A stretch of DNA of 64,000 bases, taken from positions 199,020,001 to 199,084,000 of the forward strand of contig NC_042997.1 of the NCBI RefSeq assembly GCF_006345805.1. The letters are read 5' to 3'. Under the pieces are notes generated by a model, which worked only from the letters and a program-made list of their open reading frames with translations, had not been told where the DNA came from and made no database searches. Source of the stretch: Octopus sinensis (taxonomy: Eukaryota). This document shows, piece after piece, positions 63,906-64,000 of the stretch; position 1 is the stretch's first letter; each line of letters opens with the position of its first letter. A program made the translations under genes and the position numbers.

Positions 63906-64000
63906 TATCATTTGTGCTCAGAAAGGGACAGGGTCCACCAGGTTTGAAATGCCCAAGACATGCCATAAGTCAGACCTGCAGTCTGTGGTAAGGGTTCAAG

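Overview
AT-rich eukaryotic DNA, almost certainly non-coding or intronic. Its repeat families look like the SINEs I recall from Octopus (coleoid cephalopod); that assignment is an inference, with no database search run. No long true CDS is present: nearly all ORFs in the track are translations of SINEs or microsatellites. Contents: about 60 listed copies of five SINE-like families (called S1-S5 here, several with clear TSDs), CR1 and R4/Dong-like LINE fragments, an internally deleted piggyBac and a piggyBac-type MITE, a Helitron-like element, foldbacks, long microsatellites, a 2.07-kb tandem duplication and a few candidate micro-exons of an unidentified host gene. Most interesting signal: four different short (about 140-195 bp) elements lodged in or next to microsatellites each carry a type I hammerhead-ribozyme motif of the minimal Penelope-like-element kind (4296-4341 minus, 27490-27527, 27750-27787 minus with 39475-39505, and 30284-30318 with 32356-32390). 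One of them may be the tail of a tRNA-headed SINE. SINE ends are approximate.
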